Of a DNA stretch of 64,000 nt, positions 19,038 through 26,477 are shown in pieces (position 1 is the first letter of the stretch; each line of letters starts with the position of its first letter). The notes below the pieces were generated by a model. The model was not told where the DNA came from. It worked only from the letters and a program-made list of their open reading frames with translations, and did not search any database. A program made the position numbers and the translations under genes. This stretch comes from Calditrichales bacterium (GTDB lineage Bacteria > Calditrichota > Calditrichia > Calditrichales > J004), in the NCBI GenBank assembly GCA_965267575.1, contig OZ254086.1, positions 1,664,141-1,728,140 on the forward strand. Direction: 5' to 3'.

Positions 19038-20501
19038 ATGACTTCATTATTGTCGAGGGTAAAAAACGCCCTTTCATTTTGCTCTTTTTTTATGGCATTC
19101 TTGCTCGTGGTGCCAGTCTTTGGAAGCGAAAAGCTGCACCATTACAACGTGCAACTCTCAGAAGACAGGCAGACCCTGACGGTTGAAGCACATTTTGCCG
19201 GCAGCTTTCCGCGCGTTTTGCATGCCGCTGAAGATGAAGCTTCCGATTACCTGCTTTACATGCGTGTAATAACGCAACATGATACCATCTATTTTGAACC
19301 CGAGGGTGACAGGGTGTTTTTCCGGCGGATAGCAGCCGGCGTGCGGCTGGAATACGCCGTTGATATAGCCCGGGCTTTGCGGCATGGTGGCAGGGGCGGC
19401 GCGCGGAAGGTGGGTAACGATTTTCTGCTTCCACCCAAGCTTTGGCTGTGGCGTCCTGCTGGTCTGCGCGAAAACGAAGATATTGAGATCCGTTTTAATC
19501 TGCCCCGCGGAACCAAGGCCTCTGTGCCGTGGCGCGCCGTTGGCACCAACCGTTACCGCGTGGGACAGAGCCCCTACTACTGGCCGGCGCAGGTCGCCTT
19601 TGGCTCTTTTCACAGCGATACGCTGGATATCCCCGGTTCCCGTCTTTACATGGCTGTACTCGATGGCGACCCCGACCCCGATCCGCAGGATATGCGCAAA
19701 TGGATACAAAACGCGGCGGAATCTGTCTGTGCTATTTATGACAGTTATCCTTATCCACAGGTGCAGATTTTGATCATTCCCGGGCGGCGCAGCAGGGAGG
19801 CGGTGCCTTTTGCCATGGTCGTTCGCGGTGGCGGCCTGGCCGTGCATTTTTACATCGATCCGTCACGGCCGCTGAGCGAATTTATCAACGACTGGACGGC
19901 CACCCACGAATTGTGCCACGGTGTGCTTCCTTATGTTTACCGTGATGATGCCTGGCTTTCCGAGGGTATGGCCACCTATTACCAGTACATTCTGATGGGG
20001 CGTGACCGGCGCCTGAGCGAACAGCGCACCTGGCAGAAAATTTATGACGGCTTCCGTCGCGGTATCCGCAACGCCACCGGTGAAACGTTGCACAAAAGCG
20101 CCGATGACATGTACCGCTTACGCGCCTTCCGCTATGTTTACTGGAGCGGTGCCGCCATTTTGTTAAGGGCGGATGTGGAGCTACGTTCACAAACCAACGG
20201 AAAGTGGAGCCTTGACAAGGTCCTGGAAAAGGCTGGCAAAGAGGCCCTATCCGAAAAGCGCGCCTGGCATGCCCGTGAGCTTGTGCAAATCATGGATCGC
20301 GTCAGTGGCACGGACGTGTTTGGCGATCTTTATAGCCGTTACCTGTTTTCGAAGATATTTCCTGTAGACGAGGAGTGGCTGGCGCTGTTGGGCGTAAATG
20401 TGATTGACGGCCGTGTTTACCTGGACGACAAAGCGCCGCTGGCCGACATACGCCGGCAGATAACACGCCGGGCAGCGACTTTCCCCGCCGCCACCGATTG
20501 A
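19038..20501 (+). CDS. secreted zinc metallopeptidase (gluzincin, M1/M61-like HExxH...E)
   Basis: 487 aa with a signal peptide. The motif TATHELCHGVLPYVYRDDAWLSEGMATYYQ resembles the M1 HExxH-(x)n-WLxEGxAxY arrangement. Confidence 0.55.
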   Translation: MTSLLSRVKNALSFCSFFMAFLLVVPVFGSEKLHHYNVQLSEDRQTLTVEAHFAGSFPRVLHAAEDEASDYLLYMRVITQHDTIYFEPEGDRVFFRRIAAGVRLEYAVDIARALRHGGRGGARKVGNDFLLPPKLWLWRPAGLRENEDIEIRFNLPRGTKASVPWRAVGTNRYRVGQSPYYWPAQVAFGSFHSDTLDIPGSRLYMAVLDGDPDPDPQDMRKWIQNAAESVCAIYDSYPYPQVQILIIPGRRSREAVPFAMVVRGGGLAVHFYIDPSRPLSEFINDWTATHELCHGVLPYVYRDDAWLSEGMATYYQYILMGRDRRLSEQRTWQKIYDGFRRGIRNATGETLHKSADDMYRLRAFRYVYWSGAAILLRADVELRSQTNGKWSLDKVLEKAGKEALSEKRAWHARELVQIMDRVSGTDVFGDLYSRYLFSKIFPVDEEWLALLGVNVIDGRVYLDDKAPLADIRRQITRRAATFPAATD

Positions 20502-20563
20502 TCCCGTGGTTTCATTTTGGCAAATGCACAGGACAAGCCTTATATTACGCGGCTCAAAATGAA

Positions 20564-20612
20564 CGTGTAAATGTGTTTTGGTGTTAAGGTGTTAAAGTAC
20601 TAAACGTGTGTG
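20564..20612. repeat. isolated block of GTGTTAA-type octamer repeats (orphan, copy D)
   Basis: GTGTAAATGTGTTTTGGTGTTAAGGTGTTAAAG...GTGTGTG resembles the start-proximal module of copies A, B and C. It has no GATC cluster and is inverted relative to the downstream gene. Confidence 0.5.
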
Positions 20613-20675
20613 ATTTTCAATAACGATACCCTAAATCATTATTTCACCAATTTAAAAATCCAAGCCATAAAGAAA

Positions 20676-21608
20676 ATGATTGAAAACAACCCAAATTTCG
20701 TCGTACTGGCCATTTACAAATTTGCAAAGCTGGATGACCCGCGCGCCTTGCGTGACGCGTGGCGTCCGTTTTTTGTAAAGCACGGCATACTTGGCACGAT
20801 GATCCTGGCCGGTGAAGGCATCAACGGCACTATCTCCGGCAGCCGCGAGGCTATTGACGCATTTTACCGGGTGCTGCGTGAGGACGGACGTTTTGACGCC
20901 GCGGAAATGAAAGAGTCTTATGCCGCCGAAAATCCCTTTTATCGTTTGAAAGTGCCGGTGAAAAAGGAGATTGTTAATTTGCAGAGCGGGGAGGCTGACC
21001 CCACCGAGGTCGTTGGTACTTATGTGGAGCCTGAGAAGTGGAACGATTTGATCAGCGCGCCGGATGTGAAGGTGATTGACACGCGCAATGATTTTGAGTT
21101 TGACGTCGGCACCTTTGAAGGGGCAATCAATCCCCGGACGGAATCATTTTCGGATTTTCCGGAATACGTTTCACAGCACCTTGATCCAAAACGCGACAAG
21201 CGCATTGCCATGTTTTGCACTGGCGGAATCCGCTGCGAAAAGGCCACCTCCTACCTTAAAAAACGGGGCTTTGAGGACGTTTACCATCTGCGTGGTGGTA
21301 TTTTGAAATACCTGGAAAAAGTACCGGCAGAGCAGAGTAAATGGCAAGGTGAATGCTTCGTCTTCGATAACCGCGTGGCGCTGACGCATGGCTTGCAAAA
21401 GGGCGATTATGAATTGTGCCACGGTTGCGGAAACCCGGTAAGTGCGCAGGACAGGCTCTCCCCGGATTATGAAGAGGGCGTAAGCTGTCCTAAATGCCGC
21501 AAAGACCTCAGCGTTGAAAAGCTGCAATCCAACCGGGAAAGACAACGCCAGGTTAAACTGGCCCGCGAGCGCGGCGAGCAACACATCGGCCATAAGGTGC
21601 CGGAGTGA
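20676..21608 (+). CDS. trhO: rhodanese-domain tRNA uridine(34) hydroxylase (TrhO/YceA, UPF0176)
   Basis: The ORF track starts at GTG 20610; I prefer the in-frame ATG 20676 (MIENNPNFVVLAIYKF...). EGINGTISG, the rhodanese loop CTGGIRCEKA, and a C-terminal Cys cluster CHGCG...CPKC are present. Confidence 0.8.
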   Translation: MIENNPNFVVLAIYKFAKLDDPRALRDAWRPFFVKHGILGTMILAGEGINGTISGSREAIDAFYRVLREDGRFDAAEMKESYAAENPFYRLKVPVKKEIVNLQSGEADPTEVVGTYVEPEKWNDLISAPDVKVIDTRNDFEFDVGTFEGAINPRTESFSDFPEYVSQHLDPKRDKRIAMFCTGGIRCEKATSYLKKRGFEDVYHLRGGILKYLEKVPAEQSKWQGECFVFDNRVALTHGLQKGDYELCHGCGNPVSAQDRLSPDYEEGVSCPKCRKDLSVEKLQSNRERQRQVKLARERGEQHIGHKVPE

Positions 21609-21742
21609 TGAGGTTTTTCGTCGAACTATTGAACTGCTGATTTCAATGTCATTTCGGTTAACCATTTTTTGCCGTGAGCTATCCACGCAATATGAGCATC
21701 AGACCCCGGCGCGGGGGCCGGGGTGACATTCATCGCTTAATT

Positions 21743-21782
21743 CTGTCATCCCGATTGGCATCTTTTTGCCACACCGGGATTC
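21743..21782 (+). repeat. REP-like bulged hairpin repeat, copy 2
   Basis: CTGTCATCCCGATTGGC-atcttttt-GCCACACCGGGATTCC. Confidence 0.8.
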
Positions 21783-21914
21783 CGTGCCTGACCCGGGTCA
21801 TGGTGGCGGCAGCAAAAAGTCCACCCCACCACCCGGACACATATTGACGCTTGCCCTTTTAAAGTTTGGATAATTTGTTTATTATTCTTTTTTGTTTATC
21901 CAACCACAGCGCGT

Positions 21915-23609
21915 ATGTCCGAAAACTATCCGCTAACCGGGAACGAAGAGAAGAAGATACTGGGTTTTTACAAAAACCTTTTTCAGTATCCTAATGTCTA
22001 TCTTTTTCCGCTTGTAAACGGTCGCAGCATGGAGCCGGAACTGGCCCTTGGCGATGACCCGCTTCCGCCGTTTTTCCCCGACAGTCCCATTGATTGGATT
22101 AACTATTACCAGAAAGTGTTGCTGCCTTCAAACAGCGAAGAACAAGGCGCTATCGGTGCCTTTTTTGAACACTTCGATCTGGATATGTTGTGTCCCATCC
22201 GCATGAACGGTACCTGTTTCGGTTTTCTGGGTATCAACGCGCGTGGCAAGCCGCTCAATCACCTGGAACAGCAAATCGCCGGCTTGATCGTTCGCTACCT
22301 TGGCACGTTATGGACCAACCGCCGCCTGGTAGAAGATATCCGCACGAACGCCTCCAAAACGGAAACCCTGCTGATGGAGATCAGCACGCTGCTCGAGGTA
22401 AACCAGGCCATCGAGAGCGGCGGCGAAATCCAGAGCGTTCTGGAAACGATCATGGAAAAGTGCATGGATGTGCTGAAAGTGGAAGCCGTATCTTTGCTGT
22501 TACTTACCGAAAATAAAAAGGAATTGGAGTTCCGCGTGGCTCTGGGTCCGCGTGGCAAAGAGGTGCAGCGCTACCGCGTCAAGGTCGGCCAGGGCATTGC
22601 CGGCACGGTGGCCAAAACAGGCAAGCCACTTCTGATTCCCGATGCCTACTCGGACAAGCGTTTTGACCGCAGCTTCGACCTGAAAAGCGGCTTCCGCACG
22701 CGCAGCATTTTGTGCATGCCGCTGACTTATCGTGGTACGCGACTGGGCGTTGTGCAGGCCCTGAACCGTTTTGACGGCAAGCCCTTCGGCGATGAAGATC
22801 TGCGCTCGTTCAACCTGTTTACGCGCCAGGCCGCACTGGCAATCGTTAACGCGCGATTGCTCTACCAGGCCATGCGCAAAAAAGAGCTGGAAAACCAGTT
22901 AACCGTAGCTTCGGAAATACAGCGGCTGATCGTGCCCAAACAGCTGCCCAAATTCGACGATCTCGATGTGAGCGGCTATTACCGTCCCAGCCAGCAGATT
23001 GGCGGCGACTTCTACAGCGTGATCCGGCTTAATGACAATCAAACCGTTTTTTGCGTTGCCGATGTGGCCGGCAAAAGCGTACCGGGAGCCCTGCTGGTTT
23101 CTACTTTGCATTCCACCCTTAACGCCTACCTGGAATTCAGTAATGACCTGGAAGAGATTGTCAACCGGCTCAACACACGCATCATGAAGATGTCGACAAG
23201 TGACCGCTTTATTACGCTGTTTCTGGCCCTGTACGATCGAAAAGAAGAAGCACTCAGCTACATCAGCGCCGGTCACAATCCGCAATTCCTGATGCACCGG
23301 CCTTTTGAAATCCGCCGTCTGACGTCCACGGGCATCTGTATAGGCATAACCCCTTTTGCCTATAAAGCAAAAACGGTCTCCTTAAATGAGGATGATATTC
23401 TTGTTATGTACACCGATGGTTTTGTCGAGGGGCGCAACAACGACGGCGACGCATTCGGTGAAAAACGGCTGGAAAAAATTCTTTACGAAAACGCCGATCG
23501 ACCGGCCGGCTATATCATCGATCAGATCGTCAGCACCTTCAACGATTTCTGCCGCACTCCATCCGACGACCTCACCTTACTGGTTGTAAAAAAAATTAAA
23601 TCCCAATAA
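21915..23609 (+). CDS. GAF-domain PP2C/SpoIIE-type serine phosphatase
   Basis: 564 aa. Central GAF region (EAVSLLLLTENKKELEFRVALG...GIAGTVAKTGKPLLIPDAYSD.RF). C-terminal PPM region (GGDFY...ADVAGKSVPGALL...ISAGHNP...YTDG...DDLTLLVV). Confidence 0.85.
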   Translation: MSENYPLTGNEEKKILGFYKNLFQYPNVYLFPLVNGRSMEPELALGDDPLPPFFPDSPIDWINYYQKVLLPSNSEEQGAIGAFFEHFDLDMLCPIRMNGTCFGFLGINARGKPLNHLEQQIAGLIVRYLGTLWTNRRLVEDIRTNASKTETLLMEISTLLEVNQAIESGGEIQSVLETIMEKCMDVLKVEAVSLLLLTENKKELEFRVALGPRGKEVQRYRVKVGQGIAGTVAKTGKPLLIPDAYSDKRFDRSFDLKSGFRTRSILCMPLTYRGTRLGVVQALNRFDGKPFGDEDLRSFNLFTRQAALAIVNARLLYQAMRKKELENQLTVASEIQRLIVPKQLPKFDDLDVSGYYRPSQQIGGDFYSVIRLNDNQTVFCVADVAGKSVPGALLVSTLHSTLNAYLEFSNDLEEIVNRLNTRIMKMSTSDRFITLFLALYDRKEEALSYISAGHNPQFLMHRPFEIRRLTSTGICIGITPFAYKAKTVSLNEDDILVMYTDGFVEGRNNDGDAFGEKRLEKILYENADRPAGYIIDQIVSTFNDFCRTPSDDLTLLVVKKIKSQ

Positions 23610-23662
23610 ACCTTTTTGCCGCATTTACTGTCCTATAATTAAAAACAGAAACCGGTTTTCTT

Positions 23663-24214
23663 TTGATTACACCTTTGTCGCGATCCGTGCAAAACGGGGC
23701 CGTTGACCGCCGGCAGGAAGAGCGTATCCTGCGTGGTTGTCGCTCCGGTAAACGCGAGGCTTTTAAAGAGCTGTACTATTGTTACAGTCCCATGCTCTAC
23801 AACATAGCCTTGCGTTTGCTCGGTCGCCGCGATGACGCGGAAGATGCGCTGCATAATTGCTTTATCCGGCTGTATCGTTACATCGGGAAGTTTGAGGGGC
23901 GCTCTTCACTGCGCAGTTACATCACGCGGATATTGATCCACTGCTGCTACGATATCGCGGCAAAACGAAAGGAAAACAGCGGAGATGCCCTGCCTGAAGT
24001 GCTATCGCTTCCGGCGGAGAGGCCGCTTTGGGAACTTGAAAAAGCGCTGACGCAATTGCCCGAAAAAATGCGTGAATGTTTTGTGCTTTTTGCGCTGGAG
24101 GGCTTTGCGCAGCAGGAGATCGCGGACATGCTTGAAATAAGCGTCGGTACAGTGAAGGCGCACATCCATCAGGCCCGGGCGCGCCTGAAAGATTTACTGG
24201 AATTGCAGGAGTAG
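23663..24214 (+). CDS. ECF-type RNA polymerase sigma-70 factor
   Basis: 183 aa. Region 2 (FKELYYCYSPMLYNIALRLLGRRDDAEDALHNCFIRLYR) and region 4 HTH (QQEIADMLEISVGTVKAHIHQARARLK). The track start is TTG, so the exact start is uncertain. Confidence 0.85.
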   Translation: MITPLSRSVQNGAVDRRQEERILRGCRSGKREAFKELYYCYSPMLYNIALRLLGRRDDAEDALHNCFIRLYRYIGKFEGRSSLRSYITRILIHCCYDIAAKRKENSGDALPEVLSLPAERPLWELEKALTQLPEKMRECFVLFALEGFAQQEIADMLEISVGTVKAHIHQARARLKDLLELQE

Positions 24215-24216
24215 CC

Positions 24217-24813
24217 ATGCTATGTGAACATTGCCGCAACGGTACTTTGCACACGATGAGTAACAGCGATCGCGAGCAGCATATTGCCCGCTGTGCCTGG
24301 TGTGCCGACAGCACCGCGGACGCAAAGCTGGACGAGTTGTTGCGTAAACTAGAACGCCCTTTGCCCGCCCCGGATATCTGGGCGCGCATAGAAAAGGAGC
24401 TGCCGCAAAAGCGGTCTTCCGGGCCTCTCTTTGTTGTATTAAAAGCCGCGGCGGTGATTCTGGTTGTTGCCCTGGCGGCTCTGCTGCTTTTACCGCAGGA
24501 TGATGCCGACGGCCGGCTGTTTACCTGGAGCAGCTCACAGCGCGCACAATGGTATGAACAGCAATACAGCAAAGCGATCGCGGAAATGGAAAAAGAGATC
24601 GGTCCGCAGATAGCGGAGATGCCGCTGGAGTTGTCCTTGTTGTACCGCGACAGGCTGGCCGTGATCGATATGCAGATCGAAGCCTGCCGCCGAACGCTGG
24701 AATTGGAACCGGGCAATGTGACCGCGCATCGCTATTTGCTGGCCGCCATGAAAGAGAAAAAAGAGACACTAAAAGAGATAGAAAAGACACTGAGAAATTC
24801 GGAGGATGTATGA
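24217..24813 (+). CDS. zinc-binding (ZAS, HxxxCxxC) single-pass anti-sigma factor
   Basis: 198 aa. The N-terminus has CEHC...HIARCAWC, followed by a TM segment (LFVVLKAAAVILVVALAALLLL). It starts 2 nt after the sigma stop, and its end overlaps the next gene (ATGA). Confidence 0.7.
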   Translation: MLCEHCRNGTLHTMSNSDREQHIARCAWCADSTADAKLDELLRKLERPLPAPDIWARIEKELPQKRSSGPLFVVLKAAAVILVVALAALLLLPQDDADGRLFTWSSSQRAQWYEQQYSKAIAEMEKEIGPQIAEMPLELSLLYRDRLAVIDMQIEACRRTLELEPGNVTAHRYLLAAMKEKKETLKEIEKTLRNSEDV

Positions 24814-26432
24814 AAAAGATCATTTTTGCATTGCTGTGCGCCGGGCTTATCGGCGCGTTTGCCGCGGAACCACGGCCGGATGTTATAAAGCGCGACTTCA
24901 CTGCGCGCGCGGAAGCCAAGCCGGGCCAGAAGCTGGTCATAAACGATCTGAACGCGGACGTGGAAATCACGGGTGGCAGCTCCAATGCCATTGAAGCGAA
25001 GCTGACCTATCGTTTTGCAGGCGCCAACCCGGAGCGTGTTGAGAGCTATTTTAAAGAGGTCTCGTTTGAGCTTATCGAAAAGGCCGGCGGGTATGAGCTC
25101 GTGCTTGACGCACCGGACACCGATTGGCTTGAAGGCAACGGCGGTTTTTTCCAGAAGCTGTTCAGCGTCTTTGACGAGATCAGCTACTCCGTGCACCGCG
25201 AGTTGACGGTTACCGTGCCCGCGCAAAGTGATATTGAACTGGACAATGGCTATGGCATGGTTTATCTGCGCAACATCAACGGAAAGCTGGATGTGAGCAA
25301 CACATCGGGCGACATGGTGGTTGAAAATTGCGCCGGTCAGGGTCTTCTCAACAACCGCTACGCGGAAATACGCGTCTCCGGATTTGACGGTGACCTGAAT
25401 GTTTTGGGAACGAGCGCCGACGCGCGGATAGAAAACGTTTCGGGCAATCTCAATGTGGAGTCTTCCTACAAACCGTTGTGCATCCGCAAGATTGGCGGAA
25501 AACTGACCGTCAAAGCGCAAAGCGCGGATATCACTGTTTTTGGAGTCGGCGACGAGGCGATTGTTGAGAACAACTATAAAGCCGTAAAAGTGGACAGCGT
25601 GAGGGGCAATCTGTTCATCCGCGGCTCCAGCTGTGACCTGGAGATAAATGCTGTGGCCGGCGATTTGTCCGTTGAAGGCGCCTACAAGCCGATGCGTATC
25701 ACGCGGGTAGAAGGCAATCTGGACATTAACGCTACCTCTGCCGATTGCTTTGTCCGCGATGTGAAGGGTAATGCCTACATCTATAATGAGTACAAAGACA
25801 TCGAACTGCGACGGGTGGCCGGCGATGCCATTATCGAATCAAAGTCCAGCGCCGTTACCGTGGACGATGTGAGCGGACAAACGGTCATCGATGCTTCATA
25901 CAAACCGTTGTATCTCTCCAACCTGCAGGGCCCGCTGGAAATCCGCGCCAATTCCGCGGATATCAACATGAACCGCATTAACGGCAATGTGAACATCCGC
26001 AACTCCTACAAGCCGATCAAGGGCGAGCAGATAAAGGGCTGGGCCAAAATTGACGGGGAATCGTGCGACGTAATCCTAAGCGATGTGGACGGTGATGTCA
26101 ATGTGCGCAATAACTACAAATATGTTATCTTAAAAGGCACCGCGGGATCGATTTATGTGGAAGGGAACAGCAGTCCGGTTGAGATCAGCAATATCAGGCG
26201 GTTGCCGGAAAACGGAGAGATAATTATTTCCACGCAATACAAGCCCGTAACGCTGCAGCTCCCCGCGGACAGCCGCGTGCACGTGACCGCCAACAGCCGC
26301 CATGGTAAAATACGCTCGGAGTTTCCTGTTTACCTGGCCGATGAAGAGGTTGCCGCGCCCCGGGCCAAAAGCGGTGAAACCAAAATAGAAATCGAGACTA
26401 CGGCCGATATCAGCATTACCAAAGCGCCGTAA
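24810..26432 (+). CDS. secreted beta-helix repeat protein (DUF4097 / putative-adhesin-like)
   Basis: 540 aa with a signal peptide. About 17-18 consecutive 18-residue units follow the pattern h-x-G-x-h-x-h-x-x-x-(YKP or SAD)-h-x-h. Confidence 0.6.
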   Translation: MKKIIFALLCAGLIGAFAAEPRPDVIKRDFTARAEAKPGQKLVINDLNADVEITGGSSNAIEAKLTYRFAGANPERVESYFKEVSFELIEKAGGYELVLDAPDTDWLEGNGGFFQKLFSVFDEISYSVHRELTVTVPAQSDIELDNGYGMVYLRNINGKLDVSNTSGDMVVENCAGQGLLNNRYAEIRVSGFDGDLNVLGTSADARIENVSGNLNVESSYKPLCIRKIGGKLTVKAQSADITVFGVGDEAIVENNYKAVKVDSVRGNLFIRGSSCDLEINAVAGDLSVEGAYKPMRITRVEGNLDINATSADCFVRDVKGNAYIYNEYKDIELRRVAGDAIIESKSSAVTVDDVSGQTVIDASYKPLYLSNLQGPLEIRANSADINMNRINGNVNIRNSYKPIKGEQIKGWAKIDGESCDVILSDVDGDVNVRNNYKYVILKGTAGSIYVEGNSSPVEISNIRRLPENGEIIISTQYKPVTLQLPADSRVHVTANSRHGKIRSEFPVYLADEEVAAPRAKSGETKIEIETTADISITKAP

Positions 26433-26438
26433 AAAAAA

Positions 26439-26464
26439 AGCACGGTCAATGAGGCCGTGCTTTT
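26439..26464. terminator. bidirectional rho-independent terminator
   Basis: GCACGGTC (26440-26447) pairs with GGCCGTGC (26453-26460). A9 lies on the left and T4 on the right, between convergent genes. Confidence 0.6.
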
Positions 26465-26477
26465 GCATATTTTCCTG

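Noticed and set aside
20610-20675. Upstream alternative starts given by the ORF track: GTG 20610 for trhO, 31947 for the porin, TTG 42492 for the PorV-like gene, 55901 for the GHL10 gene, 58871 and 59359 for the YeeE/YedE genes, and TTG 13460.
   Set aside because: In each case an in-frame ATG further downstream gives a normal signal peptide or family-typical N-terminus, a Shine-Dalgarno, or a coupled stop/start overlap. The extra N-terminal residues look non-native or overlap the upstream gene.
21840-21914. Search for Bacteroidota-type promoter motifs (TTG ... TAnnTTTG) upstream of the GAF-PP2C gene, and in copies B and C of the upstream element.
   Set aside because: I found only near-misses (for example TAATTTG with one spacer base missing). 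Without a position-weight matrix or transcription-start data, any promoter call would be guesswork.
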